A DNA stretch of 63,914 bases, filler included, from Octopus bimaculoides (lineage: Eukaryota): NCBI RefSeq assembly GCF_001194135.2. It is 4 parts of 4 records of this genome, joined end to end, with 100 filler letters (N's around TTAATTAATTAA, not from the genome) between each part and the next. Parts side by side here need not be neighbours in the genome. Positions count along the whole stretch, not along the records: positions 1 to 13,944 come from NC_069009.1; 3 more parts are not named here. One strand, 5' to 3'. The stretch's first letter is position 1; every line of letters starts with the position of its first letter. The translations under genes were made by a program, and so were the position numbers. Below, in pieces: positions 1 through 10,059 of this stretch. A model generated the notes under the pieces. That model saw only the letters and a list, made by a program, of their open reading frames with translations. It searched no databases and was not told the origin of the DNA.

Positions 1-227
1 TAAAAGACACCATTTCGAGCGTGGCCGTTTTCGTGCGGGTGACACGTAAAAGCACCCACTACACTCTCTGAGTGGTTGGCGTTAGGAAGGGCATCCAGCT
101 GTAGAAACTCTGCCAAATCAGACTGGAGCCTGGTGTTGCCATCCGGTTTCACCAGTCCTCAGTCAAATCGTCCAACCCATGCTAGCATGGAAAGCGGACG
201 TTAAACGATGATGATGATGATGATGAT
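1..227 (+). mobile_element. 3' part of a short retroposon (SINE or truncated LINE tail) ending in (GAT)n
   Basis: Ends ...aacccatgctagcatggaaagcggacgttaaac(gat)n; a reverse-complement copy lies at 63091-63445 in this window. Confidence 0.75.
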
Positions 228-369
228 ATATATATTGTAGAAACGGTCGTAGAGTATTACGATAATAACGTAATATTTGAAAAAAAACTTGAAGGTAAAG
301 TTGACAGAATGAGAAAAAAAGCTGGAACGAAATCATCCCGCCAGTAGAACCATCTATTGGAGAATTAAA

Positions 370-491
370 GAAATACAACCATATAAGGGGAGATAACTTT
401 TACAACACTAAATGCAAGGTGCAAGGAAATATTTAAAGAAGGTGATTAATAATCGATCACCGATTTTTGTTTATGTCTGAATACGGTAAGT
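370..491 (+). promoter_or_regulatory. Putative non-coding exon 1 and 5' splice donor (ATACG|GTAAGT, intron starts 486) of ZNF-A
   Basis: Consensus donor; 385-520 is homologous to 3958-4023 plus 4295-4345 upstream of ZNF-B, which has the same donor at 4310. Confidence 0.55.
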
Positions 492-736
492 TGACAAAGA
501 TCTCCTTAAAGGCTATAATAATGATACTAATGAATAATAACGTAAATAATAGAATTATGTGAACCTTTTGGTGTTAAAGTAATTTCGAAGGGAAAACGTA
601 ACAACATTAGGAAAATATATTTCCTCGTCTTAAATAACTTGGAAAATGAAATGTTGATCTGATGTTTAGGAAAATATGATCGGCTGTTACATGTTATATA
701 AAGGAAATTAATAGGCAAAATGAGATGCTGTCCTGT

Positions 737-1650
737 TAATTGTTGCTGTTGTTGGCACTCCGTCGTTTACGACGTCGAGTGTTCCAGTTGATCCGATCAA
801 CGGAACAGCCTGCTCGTGAAATTAACGTGCAAATGCTGAGCACTCCACAGACACGTGGGCATAACTACAGGGTTTTACCCTACAGACTTTGGGAGGTCAT
901 AACTTTAAGAAAAATGAATATTTTTTAATGAAATGTTCTATGCGTATAGTATTTACTATGTAGAATCCGAATATACAAAAATTTCTGGTGAAAGTGTTTT
1001 GGAATGAGGGTGGGGGACATTTTCGGAAATTCCAACAGAGTCCAATTAAATTCTTCTTAACTTCCAGGAAAATAAATATTTTTTCGTGAAATTTTCTACA
1101 AATATACCCTGATGTATGTACATTTCGAGCATGTAGGAATTTTGAAGGAAACAACTGCAGGTTATTTTTGAGAAGCGTTCCCCACTCGGTGGTGTTTCGG
1201 AGCAAGTCGTCCATAATTGTTTCATTTTTCTCTATTATGTGCATCCGTAGATTTGTAATGAAGTAATACGCTGCTTCTGTTCTCTTCTACTTCTCTACTA
1301 GAAACGTTTACTTTGGAATTTACTTCTATTGAGAAAAAAAAAAAAATCGCGTGCATGTTATTTTTAACGAAAGTTTTCTTATGACGGCTTCTCTTCACTG
1401 TCTAGAAATCTCGTGTACCCATAACGTAGTTCTCGGGGATATTCAGCGTAACACAGAGTGTGACAAGAAAGTGTGAGAGAAAGTTGTGGTGGAAGAGTAC
1501 AGCAGGGTTCGCCACCATCCCCTGCCGGAGCCTCTTGGAGCTTCATGTGTATTCGCTCAATAAACACTCACAGCGCCCGGTCTGGGAATCGAAACTGCGA
1601 TCCTATGACCGTGACTCCGCTGCCCTAACCACTGGGCCATTGCGCCTCCA
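737..1650 (-). mobile_element. tRNA-derived SINE (OR1-like) split in two (737-857 and 1412-1650) by a 554-bp insertion
   Basis: Both halves match the intact copy at 42985-43365; the consensus acagacacgtgtacccttaacgtag is broken at cgtg, which is present at both junctions (854-857, 1412-1415). Confidence 0.8.
858..1411. mobile_element. Unclassified insertion, possibly a non-autonomous Helitron/Helentron-type element
   Basis: Interrupts a SINE; internal motifs (ttttcggaaatt, gggtggggg, aaattttctacaaat) resemble 5340-5640 and 20420-21120. Confidence 0.4.
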
Positions 1651-1939
1651 CACCAGTAAATAATAGGGTCATGTGAACCCTTCAAAGTTACAGTATTCAT
1701 GTAGAAGTGAAAACACTTAGAAAGATTGAGAAAATATGCACCATCGTCTTGATTTTTCTGAAAGGTATAGGAAAACAAATTTAGGGTGTAACACACTTCT
1801 GTAGGCATGCCTGTCTTTCAACGCCTCGATGATATCCGACCCATGCAAGCATAGACATTAAATAGATGACTGTTAATTTCGTAATATTCGCGACGATGAA
1901 TTACTATATTGTTTCCCAATCCTTCTTATCTTACTACTT

Positions 1940-1954
1940 CTTTTCCTCTTTCAG
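1940..1954 (+). promoter_or_regulatory. 3' splice acceptor of the ZNF-A terminal exon (exon starts 1955)
   Basis: Polypyrimidine tract ttttcctctttcag|aatatcacatc; identical context at 6675-6689 in unit B. Confidence 0.65.
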
Positions 1955-2332
1955 AATATCACATCATGTTGACACACAAGAAATTTCTACGTTCGAATGT
2001 GCCTTTGACATTTTTATCAACTTTCATCACCTAAAGGAAGACGATATATTTATAAGGAGCATTCATCAATATAAGTAAACTCTATGACGAACGATAGCAA
2101 AATATTTTTCTTCTCTTCAATGTCTGGGATGTAGAGAAGGTAATTGCTTTAGAAGCTTGAATAACTTTAACGAAGGAATTGACAGTATTCATCTCCTGGA
2201 TTAGATATTATGTTAGATCACAAATGAGAGAAACATAGCATTAAATTATTCCCTGAAAATAGTGACTCAACTGTACATGAACATATTCATAGCAAGAATA
2301 TTGTGATTTGTATGACAAACTATTCTCTCATA

Positions 2333-3478
2333 ATGAATCATTTAACTAAACGAAAAAACCCTGACACAGGAGAGAAACCATATCATTGTGATATTTGTGG
2401 TAAATCATTCTCTCAAAGTAGTCACTTGACTAGTCACATACGTACACATACAGGAGAGAAGCCATATCATTGCAATATGTGTGGTAAATCATTCTCTCGT
2501 AATAGTCTCTTGACTAATCATAAACGAATTCATACTGGGGAAAAACCATATCATTGTGACATCTGTGGTAAACCATTTTCTGCAAATAACAATTTATCTC
2601 AACACAAGCGCATTCATACAGGAGAGGAACCATATCATTGTGATATTTGTGGTAAATCATTCTCTCATAGGAGTAACTTAACTGAACACAAGCGTAAGCA
2701 TACAGGAGAGAAGCGATATCGTTGTAATATCTGTGGTACATCATTTTCTCTAAACAGTGTTTTAACTAGTCATAAACGTATTCATACAGGAGAGAAGCCA
2801 TATCGTTGTGATATTTGTGGTAAATCTTTTTCTGAAAATAGCACTTTAACTACTCACAAACGTATTCATACAGGAGAGAAACCATATCATTGTGATATCT
2901 GTGGTAAATCATTCCCTACAGCTGGTAACATGAAAAGCCACACCCGTATTCATACAGGTGTGAAGCAATATCAATGTGATATCTGTGGTACATCATTTTC
3001 CCTAAGTAGTGCTTTAGCTAATCACAAATGTATTCATACAAGAGTGAAGCCATATCACTGTCATATCTGTGGTAAATCATTTTCTAAAAATTGTGTTTTA
3101 TCTTGTCACAATCGTATTCATACAGGGGAGAAGCCATATCACTGTATTATCTGTGGTAAATCATTCTCTCAAATGAGTTCCTTAACTACACACAAATCAA
3201 CACATACAGGAGAGAAGCCATATCACTGTGATATCTGTAGTAAATCATTCTCTTCCAGTAGTCACTTGACTACTCACAAACGCATTCATACAGGAGAGAA
3301 ACCATATAACTGTGATATCTGTGGTAAATCATTCTCTCAAAGTGGTCACTTGACTACTCATGTACGTACACATACAGGAGAGAAAGCCTATCACTGTGAT
3401 ATCTGTAGTATATCATTCTCTTCCAGTAATCACTTGACTACTCACAAACACATTCATACAGGAGAGAAACCATTCTAA
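2333..3478 (+). CDS. C2H2 zinc-finger array protein A: 13 tandem fingers with TGEKPY-type linkers, no effector domain
   Basis: ORF 2303..3478 translates to repeated CxxC-x12-HxxxH. The ATG at 2333 aligns with the ATG of paralog B; an in-frame upstream ATG exists at 2312. Confidence 0.92.
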   Translation: MNHLTKRKNPDTGEKPYHCDICGKSFSQSSHLTSHIRTHTGEKPYHCNMCGKSFSRNSLLTNHKRIHTGEKPYHCDICGKPFSANNNLSQHKRIHTGEEPYHCDICGKSFSHRSNLTEHKRKHTGEKRYRCNICGTSFSLNSVLTSHKRIHTGEKPYRCDICGKSFSENSTLTTHKRIHTGEKPYHCDICGKSFPTAGNMKSHTRIHTGVKQYQCDICGTSFSLSSALANHKCIHTRVKPYHCHICGKSFSKNCVLSCHNRIHTGEKPYHCIICGKSFSQMSSLTTHKSTHTGEKPYHCDICSKSFSSSSHLTTHKRIHTGEKPYNCDICGKSFSQSGHLTTHVRTHTGEKAYHCDICSISFSSSNHLTTHKHIHTGEKPF

Positions 3479-3479
3479 C

Positions 3480-3644
3480 TGTGATGTCTGTGGTAAATCA
3501 TTCTCTTGTAATAGATACTTGATTAATCACAATTGTATTCATACAGGAGAGAAGACATATCACTGTATTATGTGTGGCAAATCATTCTCTCAAATAAATG
3601 CCTTGACTAGACACAAACAGACACATATAAGAGAAAAGCCATAA
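3480..3644 (+). pseudogene. Two further C2H2 fingers stranded out of frame behind the ZNF-A stop
   Basis: After cca-ttc-TAA a shifted frame reads CDVCGKSFSCNRYLINHNCIH-TGEKTYH-CIMCGKSFSQINALTRHKQTH-IREKP*. Confidence 0.85.
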
Positions 3645-4023
3645 TTTTGAAATACCTTATACATACATATATACATACATACAGATCTCTTCGTACATAT
3701 ATACATATGCACACACACACACGAACAAATATACAAGTATAAGTATATATGAACACATGTAAAACAGATACATCCGCTTAATGTCAAAGTAGCTAGAACT
3801 TTATTCTTTCTTTCATAACATTGGTGAAAATTTGATAAAAATGTTAAATGTTTGGAAGAATTTTAGACGGAGGTAATCGGACCGAGAAAATAATTGGAGC
3901 GAATCCAGCCTGTGAGTAAGAGCCATCTTGGGGAGAATCGGGGAAATAGATTGGTTTAAAGGGGAATAACTTATACAGCAGGGGAAAATTTTAAAACGAA
4001 TGGTGATTTAATATCGGGCACTG

Positions 4024-4287
4024 CACTCCGTCGCTTACGACGTCGAGGTATCCAGTTGATCCGATCAACGGAACAACCTGCTCGTGAAATTAACGTGTAA
4101 GTGGCTGAGCACTCCACAGACACGTGTACCCTTAACGTAGTTTTTCGGGGATATTCAGCGTGACACAGTGTGACAAGGCTGACCCTTTGAATTACAGGCA
4201 CAACAGAAACAGGAAGTAAGAGTGAGAGAAAGTTGTGGTGGAAGAGTACAGCAGGGTTCGCCACCATCCCCTGCCGGAGCCTCGTGG
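4024..4287 (-). mobile_element. 5'-truncated OR1-like SINE inserted in the putative exon 1 of ZNF-B
   Basis: Matches 42985-43365 in reverse; flanked by ggcactg (4017-4023) and gtcactg (4288-4294), a likely target-site duplication. Confidence 0.8.
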
Positions 4288-4303
4288 GTCACTGGTGCAT
4301 AAG

Positions 4304-4315
4304 AATACGGTAAGT
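4304..4315 (+). promoter_or_regulatory. Putative 5' splice donor of ZNF-B (ATACG|GTAAGT, intron starts 4310)
   Basis: Same sequence as the donor at 486. Confidence 0.55.
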
Positions 4316-4370
4316 TGACAAAGATTTATTTTAAGGCTGTAATGATAAAAAGATGAATGATAATAAAGTA

Positions 4371-4751
4371 ATTTCCTATTTGATGTTCGTAAAATCATTG
4401 TGATCCAACAAGTTTATTTTAATAAAACACTTCATTATTTATAAGTCGAACACACTACGAGCGAATGAAGGAATGAGTTATTTTGAATAGAGCTTCGCCC
4501 TGGACACATTTGAGAATTGTTCAACAATCCACGGCGAGCACACCAAACAATACAAGTAGGTGAATGTGAGAAAGATCGAACCAGTATCGTAATTGTATGG
4601 CTTTCATTGATTACCTGCTGACCTGTAAGTATTTCGTTGGAATTCACAATAAAACGGGGAGCTGCAGGCTGTCTCCGCAAGACATACTAATCGAAATGAA
4701 ATGAAATTTAAACTAAAACAAATTCGATTTTACGAACATCAAATAGGAAAT
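4371..4751. mobile_element. MITE-like element with perfect 26-bp terminal inverted repeats
   Basis: atttcctatttgatgttcgtaaaatc (4371-4396) is the exact reverse complement of 4726-4751; target-site duplication unresolved. Confidence 0.7.
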
Positions 4752-5339
4752 GACCAATAATAATAATGTTGAATGGAAAAATCTGTTGCCTTGTCTTTGA
4801 CAATTACTTCCAAATTGAAAAGTTGAAAGCCTATTTTTGATGTTACACGTGACGTACATCAATTTAAATAGTTTGTGTTAATATACAGTGGCGTAATTGA
4901 TAAGTAAAATGAGAAGAAAGCCAGTGAAAAAATACACTAATTGGTTGATATACAGTTTAAGACCTGGTTACGAGATCTTAAAAAAAACCCAGCCTGCTAG
5001 GGGTAAAACATTTGTAGAAAACGAATATGACAACAAAAATTTAAGCAAATATACATATACATACCTTCGACTTGGTTGGTAATTATTTGACGGCAATGAT
5101 TCGAGAGAGGAAGGTATAACTTGGCTGCCTCCGTGAAGAACTTGTGCCATAGACTTTCTTCATGTTGAGAAGTTATAAATAAATATCTTGCAAGATATTG
5201 TTGCAGATATTTTGATCGAATTCCTGGATTTTTGATTGATTCTTTTATGTCTCTCCAAAGTCATTTTCCGCACAAATTTCTTCATAAGCGTAATATATGC
5301 TGTTTGAAAGGTGCTTCTGTTAAATTTCATTGAAAGACA

Positions 5340-5640
5340 TCCATTTTCCTGATAGCTATGAAGGGGGAGGAAAAAAAAAACGGATCGTGTAAGTTTTACG
5401 AAATCCTCTCCCCCACCCCTTCGGAAAACATTTTCCCCAGAAATTTCTTTATAATCGTAATCTGTGCTATTTGAACGATATTTCTACAAAATTTCATCAA
5501 TATATATCCATTTTCCTGAAAGTTATGAGGGAAAAATCGGATCTTGTGAATTTTCCGAAAGTCCTCTCCGCCCCACCCCCCGTTCGTTTGCGGAAATTTT
5601 TGTTTTCATATTCGTTTTCTACACATTTGTTTTTACACCT
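5340..5640. repeat. Repeat with two internal subunits (Helentron/HINE-like)
   Basis: Duplicated motif (gggg)aaaaa-cggatc-tgt-a-tttt-cgaaa-tcctctcc-cccacccc at about 5370 and 5530. Confidence 0.45.
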
Positions 5641-5799
5641 AGTTACCTGTTTTCGTTTTGTTTCTTTTCGTGATCAGGTCTTGAACAGTATATTAACTAA
5701 TTAATTAACGTCCTGTTGTTTATCAGGGACTGACTCAATGTTTGCACATGAATACAGTAAGTTGTCAAATATTTCCTTTTAGGCAGTAATAGGAACCCT

Positions 5800-6110
5800 A
5801 GGTATAAGGGCAGCAATTTGAGGGAGAGGGATAATTGATTACATCGACCACAGTATTCACCTGGTACTTCTATTGTCGACCCCAAAAGGATGAAAGGCAA
5901 AGTTGATGTTATTAAATAAACCTTTTTGCGGAAATCGGTTTTAAGCACCCCACCTCTTGGGATTTAGGCACAAGGCCTGAATATTGGTGGGAGGGCAGAA
6001 ATCGATTCCATGGACCCCAGTGCTCTACTGCTTCATGTTTGATTTACCTCGAAAGGTAAATAAAAGTCAACCCCAGTGGAATTCGTACTTTGAAAATAAA
6101 GATGTACAGA
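5800..6110 (-). mobile_element. Two fragments of a SINE with a Nin/Deu-like central domain
   Basis: atcgaccacagt...ctggtact...gaccccaaaaggatgaaaggcaaagt, homologous to 48260-48470 and 57900-58115. Confidence 0.6.
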
Positions 6111-6127
6111 GCGCTACCCATGGACTC

Positions 6128-6201
6128 ACAATACATGAACTGTAGAGAGGACGGACTTCTGGTTACAATACATGAACTGTAGACAGGATGGACTTCTGGT
6201 T
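6128..6201 (+). repeat. 37-bp direct tandem duplication
   Basis: acaatacatgaactgtagagaggacggacttctggtt occurs twice with 2 mismatches. Confidence 0.9.
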
Positions 6202-6674
6202 AGGTAGGGGAGGAGTCTGGAGACTTAAATGGCCGATCGTACTCTCAGAGGCCCTTCCAGTGTAACTGATTGAAGCGAAATAAACAATACATTGACACAC
6301 TCTTGTTCCAGATTATTTTTATATATAGCATAACAAAGCTATAGACGAAGAAAATACGGCATGCTAATGACTTTGCCCTGAATAATAGGATTATTGAACC
6401 CTTCCAAGTTATAGTAATCACATAGAATGGAAGACACATAAAAACTTTGAGAAAATATGGTTCTTTGTCTTAGATGTATCAAGCATTGCTTTTTCTGAAA
6501 GATATGAGACAACTTTAGAGTGTAGCACACTTGTTTGGGTATGCCAGTCTTTCAACACCTCAATGGATTCTGACCCATGTAAGCATAGGCATTAAATGGA
6601 TGACAGTTGATGCTGTAATATTTGCAATGTTGAATTGCTATGTCATTTATCTTATACTCTTTATCTTACTTTTT

Positions 6675-6689
6675 CTTTTCCTTTTTCAG
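6675..6689 (+). promoter_or_regulatory. 3' splice acceptor of the ZNF-B terminal exon (exon starts 6690)
   Basis: ttttcctttttcag|aatatcacatcc, paralogous to 1940-1954. Confidence 0.65.
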
Positions 6690-7072
6690 AATATCACATC
6701 CTGTTGACATCAGAGAAATTTCTTCATTCAGATGTGCCTTTGATATTTTTATAAAATTCCATCAACAAAAGGAGGAAGATATATTTATAAGGAGCATTCA
6801 TCAATACATCAACCACTTTATATAAATAATATACATGACAAACAACAGCGAATTATTTTTCTCGTCTTCACTGTCTGGAATTTAGAGGAGGTGATTGCTT
6901 TACAAGCTTGGATAACTTTACGAAGGAGTTCACAGTTTTCACCTGCTAATTTAGATGAGAGAATCATAGTATTAAATTATTCCCTGAAAATAGTAACTCA
7001 ACTGAACACAAACATATTCATAGAAATGAATAAAATATCTTTGTGATATGAAAGACAAATTATTCTCTCATA

Positions 7073-8959
7073 ATGGATACTTTAACTGAGCCAAAAAACC
7101 TTGATACAGAAGAGGAACCATATTCCTGTGATATCTGTGGTAAATCATTCTCTGGAAAAAGTTACTTGACTATTCACAAACGTACACATACAGGAGAGAA
7201 GCCATATCATTGTGATATCTGTGGTAAATCATTCTCTTGTAGTAGTCACTTGTGTAGACATAAACGCATTCATACTGGGGAAAAAACATATCACTGTGAT
7301 TTCTGTGGTAAATCGTTTTCTGAAAATAGTACTTTAACTAGACACAAAAGTATTCATACAGGTGAGAAGCCATATCCTTGTAATATCTGTGGTCAGTTAT
7401 TCTCTCAAAGTAATTACTTGACTATTCACAGACGTATTCATACTGGAGAAAAACCATATCACTGTAATATCTGTGGTAAATCATTTTCTCAAAATAACAC
7501 TGTAACTAGTCACAAACGGACACATACAGGAGAAAAGCCATATCATTGTGATGTCTGTGGTAAATCATTCATGGAAAACGGTCACTTGACTAAACATAAA
7601 CTGATTCACACAAGACAGAAACCATATCAGTGTGATATCTGTGGTAAATCATTTTCTCAAAATGGTCACTTGACTGGCCACAGACGTATTCATACTGGAG
7701 AAAAACCATATCACTGTGATGTATGTGACAAATCATTTTCTGAGAACAGCGCTTTAACTAAACACAAAAGTATTCATGCAGGTGAGAAGCCCTATCATTG
7801 CAATACCTGTGGTAGATCATTCTCTTGTAATAGTCAATTAACTAGTCACAGACGCATTCATACTGGGGAAAAGCCATATCATTGTGATATCTGTGGTGAA
7901 TCATTTTCTGAAAATAGCACTTTAACTAGACACAAACGTATTCATACTGGAGAGAAGCCATATCATTGTGATATCTGTGGTAAATCATTCTCCCGAAGTA
8001 GTTACTTGACTAGTCACAGACGTACTCATACTGGAGAAAAACCATATCACTGTGATATCTGTGGTAAATCGTTTTCTCAAAATAACACTGTAACTAGTCA
8101 CAAACGGACACATACAGGAGAAAAGCCATATCATTGTGATGTCTGTGGTAAATCATTCATGGAAAATGGTCACTTGACTAAACACAAACTTACACATACA
8201 AGAGAGAAGCTATATCATTGTGATATCTGTGGTAAATCATTTTCTCAAAATGGTCACTTGACTGGCCACAGACGTATTCATACTGGAGAAAAACCATATC
8301 ACTGTGATATATGTGACAAATCATTTTCTGAGAACAGTGCCTTAACTAAACACAAATGTATTCATGCAGGTGAGAAGCCATATCATTGTAATATCTGTGG
8401 CAATTCATTCTCCACAAATAGTCAGTTGAAAAGTCACAGACTTATTCATACTGGTGAAAAACCATATTACTGTGATGTCTGTGACAAATCATTTTCTAAA
8501 AATAGTACTTTCACTAAACACAAAAGTATTCATACAGGTGAGAAGCCCTATCATTGCAATACCTGTGGTAAATCATTCTCTTGTAATAGTCAATTAACTA
8601 GTCACAGACGTGTTCATACTGGAGAAAAACCATATCACTGTGATATTTGTGGTAAATCATTTTCTTACAATAATTGTTTAACTAGTCACAAACGTATTCA
8701 TACAGGAGAGAAGCCATATCATTGTGATATCTGTGGTAAATTATTCTCTGAAAGTAGTTACTTGACTATTCACAGACGTGTTCACACTGGGGAAAGACCA
8801 TATCACTGTGATATTTGTGGTAAATCATTTTCTTACAATAACAATTTAACTAGTCACGAGCGTATTCATACTGGAGAGAAGCCATATTCCTGTGATATCT
8901 GTGGTAAATCATTCTTTCAAAAAGGCCAGTTAAGTACACATGTGAGTACTCACACATAA
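7073..8959 (+). CDS. C2H2 zinc-finger array protein B: 628 aa, 22 tandem fingers, no effector domain
   Basis: Intact ATG-to-TAA ORF; all 22 fingers retain the CxxC/HxxxH ligands. Confidence 0.95.
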   Translation: MDTLTEPKNLDTEEEPYSCDICGKSFSGKSYLTIHKRTHTGEKPYHCDICGKSFSCSSHLCRHKRIHTGEKTYHCDFCGKSFSENSTLTRHKSIHTGEKPYPCNICGQLFSQSNYLTIHRRIHTGEKPYHCNICGKSFSQNNTVTSHKRTHTGEKPYHCDVCGKSFMENGHLTKHKLIHTRQKPYQCDICGKSFSQNGHLTGHRRIHTGEKPYHCDVCDKSFSENSALTKHKSIHAGEKPYHCNTCGRSFSCNSQLTSHRRIHTGEKPYHCDICGESFSENSTLTRHKRIHTGEKPYHCDICGKSFSRSSYLTSHRRTHTGEKPYHCDICGKSFSQNNTVTSHKRTHTGEKPYHCDVCGKSFMENGHLTKHKLTHTREKLYHCDICGKSFSQNGHLTGHRRIHTGEKPYHCDICDKSFSENSALTKHKCIHAGEKPYHCNICGNSFSTNSQLKSHRLIHTGEKPYYCDVCDKSFSKNSTFTKHKSIHTGEKPYHCNTCGKSFSCNSQLTSHRRVHTGEKPYHCDICGKSFSYNNCLTSHKRIHTGEKPYHCDICGKLFSESSYLTIHRRVHTGERPYHCDICGKSFSYNNNLTSHERIHTGEKPYSCDICGKSFFQKGQLSTHVSTHT

Positions 8960-9193
8960 GTGTTTGTGTAACTGTGTCAAAATTAATTACAAGACAACAA
9001 TTAGGACTATGTTTTCTGCTAAAAGATTTTTTATCTCTTCAAATTTGACATTGTCAACTTCAATTTCATCAATGTCAATATGAAATTCATGAATATTAAC
9101 TTCAATATTATGTATAGATGGAAATATATTGACACAACAAGGACTTTGATTTCTGAAGATGGTCATGCTGGATTTTTGAAGAATTTATGAGAG

Positions 9194-9199
9194 AATAAA
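9194..9199 (+). promoter_or_regulatory. Candidate polyadenylation signal AATAAA of ZNF-B
   Basis: gagAATAAAg; the homologous site in unit C's 3' flank is conserved (tttatt at 11881-11886); a second AATAAA lies about 20 nt downstream. Confidence 0.5.
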
Positions 9200-9493
9200 G
9201 GAATAGGAATAATGAATAAAAAGTTAAATTGACATTGATTTTGTTAGCGTCGTGTTTTCATCATCAGCATCCTTTAGTAGAAATTTTTTTATATGCAAGA
9301 GTGGGACAGTGTGACATGAGATGGCAAGCCATGTTGCTGCACTAGGTTCCAGTCTGATTTGTTTGCATTTCTGTGGATGTATTCTAGTGCTAACCAGTTC
9401 ACAGGTCATGCTGTGTGCTGTGTATATATATGTGTGTATGCAAACACATATACACACACATGAGGTATGGACATAGATGTATGAATATATGCA

Positions 9494-9697
9494 TATACTC
9501 TTTTACTTGTTTCAGTCATTTGACTGCGGCCATACTGCAGCACCGCCTTTAGTCGAGCAAATCAACCCCAGGACTTATTCATTGTAAGCCTAGTACTTAT
9601 TCTATCAGTCTCTTTCGCCGAACCGCTAAGTTACGGAGACGTAAACACACCAGCATCGGTTGTCAAGCGATGTTGGGGGCACAAGTAAAAGAGTATA
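9494..9697 (-). mobile_element. 3' half of an OR2-like CORE-SINE bounded by a 17-bp inverted repeat
   Basis: SINE body matches 13730-13917 in reverse; tatactcttttacttgt (9494-9510) versus acaagtaaaagagtata (9681-9697). Confidence 0.8.
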
Positions 9698-10059
9698 CGT
9701 GCAGAAATACTGAGCATGGCTCGGGTTAAAAAGAATATTGAAATTTAAAAACACCATCTAGATGACGCAGGTCTCAACTGCAAGAAGCTGAGATACAAAC
9801 TTTCTACATTAATAACTCCTCCAACTGATGCTGGTATGGAACATAGATGTTAAGTGAAACGTTAAAAGTAAGTTTCCAACTCATATATATATATATATAT
9901 ATATAAACAAATAGTAAATGAGTATATGCATATATACGTACAGGTATGTGCATACCGACATCCACCTGTATGTATTGCAAACAAAACGTAGACGATATAT
10001 ATAATCCAAAACACGTTTTGAGTGGTTTATTTCGTAACCAAAAAAACAGGTGCAGATTA

